Shown here: one piece after another, positions 15,780 to 17,618 of the stretch
Layout: every line of letters starts with the position of its first letter
Position numbering within the stretch: the first letter of the stretch is position 1
Origin: Bdellovibrionia bacterium
Lineage (GTDB): Bacteria > Bdellovibrionota > UBA1018
Direction: 5' to 3'
Assembly (NCBI GenBank): GCA_045805065.1
Contig: JBJMMA010000082.1
Coordinates: forward strand, 1 to 17,618
Length of the DNA stretch: 17,618 nt
Notes under the pieces: model-generated
Database searches by the model: none
Seen by the model: the letters and a program-made list of their open reading frames with translations, nothing else
Told to the model about the DNA's origin: nothing
Translations under genes and position numbers: made by a program

Positions 15780-16484
15780 ATGAAGCGATTGACCGAATAC
15801 ATGTTCCACCAGCTGCTCTCTCCGCTCCTAACTCCAATGAACATTGGGATGCCGGTTCGCCTGCATATGCGCAATGATCTTCATCTGTTTCGCAAAGCGT
15901 GGCACATGTCGATGGGTCTTCTGATCGCTCTGGTTTATCTTTCGGGAATGCGCGCGACGACAGGCGTGATGATTCTCGGAGCCTTGTTTGCTCTTTCTCT
16001 TTCGGTAGAAGTGATTCGCCTCCGCGTACCAGCGATTAACGACAAAGTAGTTCGTTTCTGGTGCCCGGTGATGCGCAGCTGTGAAGTCAATCGCGTCAGC
16101 GGCATTCCGTACTATCTTTTGGCTGCACTTCTTGCGGTCGGTATCTTTCCAAAACCCGTAGCTGTTCTTTCCATCCTCTATCTGGCTGTGGGTGATCCGA
16201 TTGCCTCTTTGACCGGCATCCTCTACGGCAATCGCAGCATCCGTTTCTCAAACGGAAAGTCCCTGATCGGAACCCTGGGTGGAATCTTCGCCTGCTTCGT
16301 CGTGGGTTTGATCTATCTGAGGTCAATCGCGCTTCCAGAGAGCCAAACTCTTCTCATCGCTTTCGTAGGTGGATTGGCGGGCGGACTGGCTGAGCATCTT
16401 CCTCTCGAGACGGATGATAACTTCAGCATCCCAATCGTTTCGGGCTTTGTTCTCTGGCTGACCTTTATTCTTGTAGGTATTTAA
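15780..16484 (+). CDS. CTP-dependent lipid kinase, Dgk1/Sec59/VTE5 (diacylglycerol/polyprenol/phytol kinase) family, multi-TM
   Basis: LFRKAWHM, VGDPIASLTG, KSLIGTLG and DDNFSIP motifs plus multiple hydrophobic helices. Alternative starts at 15801 or later are possible. Confidence 0.88.
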   Translation: MKRLTEYMFHQLLSPLLTPMNIGMPVRLHMRNDLHLFRKAWHMSMGLLIALVYLSGMRATTGVMILGALFALSLSVEVIRLRVPAINDKVVRFWCPVMRSCEVNRVSGIPYYLLAALLAVGIFPKPVAVLSILYLAVGDPIASLTGILYGNRSIRFSNGKSLIGTLGGIFACFVVGLIYLRSIALPESQTLLIAFVGGLAGGLAEHLPLETDDNFSIPIVSGFVLWLTFILVGI

Positions 16485-16552
16485 GGTCGGATTCAGGTTC
16501 GGGCCTCAAATTACAGGCGAGGGCCTGTAAAAAGTTCACACTGTCTCTCATA

Positions 16553-16571
16553 CTGTCTAATGTTTGGACAG
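16553..16571. promoter_or_regulatory. Candidate enhancer-binding-protein UAS (palindrome)
   Basis: CTGTCTAA-TGT-TTGGACAG (TGT-N11-ACA core, 7 of 8 bp inverted), about 110-125 bp upstream of the start site predicted from the 16654 sigma54 motif. Confidence 0.45.
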
Positions 16572-16653
16572 GCAGCGGTTACCGCTTCAGTTTTATCCCT
16601 TTGAAATATAAGGGTTTATCCTAATTTTCCCTGGGTTTTTAGGTTGCGGCAAC

Positions 16654-16669
16654 TGGTATGCTGCTTGCT
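16654..16669 (+). promoter_or_regulatory. Sigma54 (-24/-12) promoter
   Basis: TGGTATGCTGCTTGCT: GG-N10-GC spacing with TTGCT, directly upstream of the last CDS. Confidence 0.65.
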
Positions 16670-16683
16670 GACATATGGGCCGC

Positions 16684-17553
16684 ATGCAGCGCATTCGAAC
16701 ACAAAATCAGTTCGTTTCAAGAATAGGGGCAGGCGCCTTTGCGCTTTTCTTGCTCCATTCGGCTCATGCGTCCGTTCCTAATCTTCGCCCGACGTGGTCG
16801 CATCGTTCTCAAGTCACCGAAGCTCCGAACTGCTCCTACCTCAATGATACGAATCACGCAGCTGATCCGCTTTTTCTCAATCATCTGGTCGACCAAAAAA
16901 CGGTGCTTAACCTGAACCAACAGTATCAGGACATGAACCGCGACTACGAGCTCAAGCAGAAGTACGGGCTCGTGGACATGAACCAGGAGCAAAACCACGG
17001 CAGCGACCTCTCGCACTTCGGCAAGCAAGCCTTCGCAGAAGTTCGTAAGTATCAAGCCAATCGCGAAGCCAAGCGCTTGAAGAAAGCCGTGGATCGCGAA
17101 GAGTCCCTGAAGGCGTTCATGAAGCCTGCTGCGATTGTGGGTGCCGGTGCGGCCATTTACAGCGGGACACCTGTGAATCTGGAAATCGACGAAGACACCC
17201 GCTTCAGAGCCGTTGCCAACGGCCCGAGTCAGACCGGTCAATTCTCATTGCTCTCGAACATGGGAACCACTTCACTCGATTTCGACCTCAACAAGCCTGA
17301 TCCCAACAAGGCATACACCGCTGATCCGCGAGGCCAGATTGAGCGCTATCGTCTTTCATTCTCTCGCGGACTGCCTCTCTGGGATCTCACGAGTGGCGTG
17401 TACTACGGCGGCAGCACGACGAGTGTCGGCGCATCGATCAGTAAAAGCCTGATGCCTCATCTCACAGCCGTCATCGACTCCGTTCGCCCACTTCAGCAAG
17501 GTCGCTACTTCTCAGAGGAGTCCTTACGATTCTTCTACGGGCTGACTTTCTAA
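16684..17553 (+). CDS. Exported hypothetical protein, putative outer-membrane beta-barrel with N-terminal helical domain
   Basis: Signal peptide ending LHSAHA; helical middle region; C-terminal ~125 aa of amphipathic strands ending EESLRFFYGLTF (terminal Phe, BAM beta-signal-like). Start is 16675 or 16684; the latter is compatible with the sigma54 promoter. Confidence 0.75.
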   Translation: MQRIRTQNQFVSRIGAGAFALFLLHSAHASVPNLRPTWSHRSQVTEAPNCSYLNDTNHAADPLFLNHLVDQKTVLNLNQQYQDMNRDYELKQKYGLVDMNQEQNHGSDLSHFGKQAFAEVRKYQANREAKRLKKAVDREESLKAFMKPAAIVGAGAAIYSGTPVNLEIDEDTRFRAVANGPSQTGQFSLLSNMGTTSLDFDLNKPDPNKAYTADPRGQIERYRLSFSRGLPLWDLTSGVYYGGSTTSVGASISKSLMPHLTAVIDSVRPLQQGRYFSEESLRFFYGLTF

Positions 17554-17618
17554 ATAATCGCAAATCAGAAAACAGGCTAAAAATTTGAATACCATTATGT
17601 CGAGCGGACATCCTGTCC

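Noticed and set aside
15314..15874. Short ORFs in the regulatory region (15314-15526, 15333-15539, 15608-15874)
   Set aside because: No RBS or family features; they overlap promoter motifs or the kinase gene.
17597..17618. Short overlapping inverted repeats at the right edge (ATGTC/GACAT, GGACA/TGTCC)
   Set aside because: 5-bp stems cut by the window boundary; too little to call.
1..17618. CRISPR array, tRNA/rRNA, transposase or integrase
   Set aside because: No regularly spaced repeats, cloverleaf/rRNA-like segments or mobility genes were seen; intergenic gaps are short and otherwise explained.

Overview
Chromosomal housekeeping/envelope region of a diderm bacterium. Gene styles suggest Bdellovibrionota or a related delta-proteobacteria-like lineage (inference only). 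It holds 16 credible CDSs. Left to right: (-) a secreted gluzincin-peptidase + PD40/TolB-propeller protein that runs off the left edge and is missing from the ORF track, preceded by ygfZ; (+) yhaM-like OB-HD nuclease; a bidirectional terminator; (-) a small secreted protein; (-) a ccdA / VKOR-DsbA / tatD / secreted alpha-beta hydrolase run; (+) orphan OppA-like lipoprotein / pgeF / HD (Mesh1/SAH-like) protein with altered catalytic motifs; (-) MinD/FlhG-like ATPase / HPD-less J-domain + RodZ-type HTH protein / rluD / secreted HExxH protein; a ~460 bp regulatory region with repeated GTGCG palindromes, an IHF consensus and a sigma54 promoter; (+) Dgk1/Sec59/VTE5-type CTP-dependent lipid kinase; a second sigma54 promoter with a candidate UAS; (+) a putative small outer-membrane beta-barrel protein. 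No rRNA, tRNA, CRISPR array or mobile element was seen. The best candidates for undescribed biology are the coupled MinD-like ATPase + pseudo-J/HTH pair, the apparently degenerate alarmone hydrolase, and the twin sigma54-driven envelope genes.
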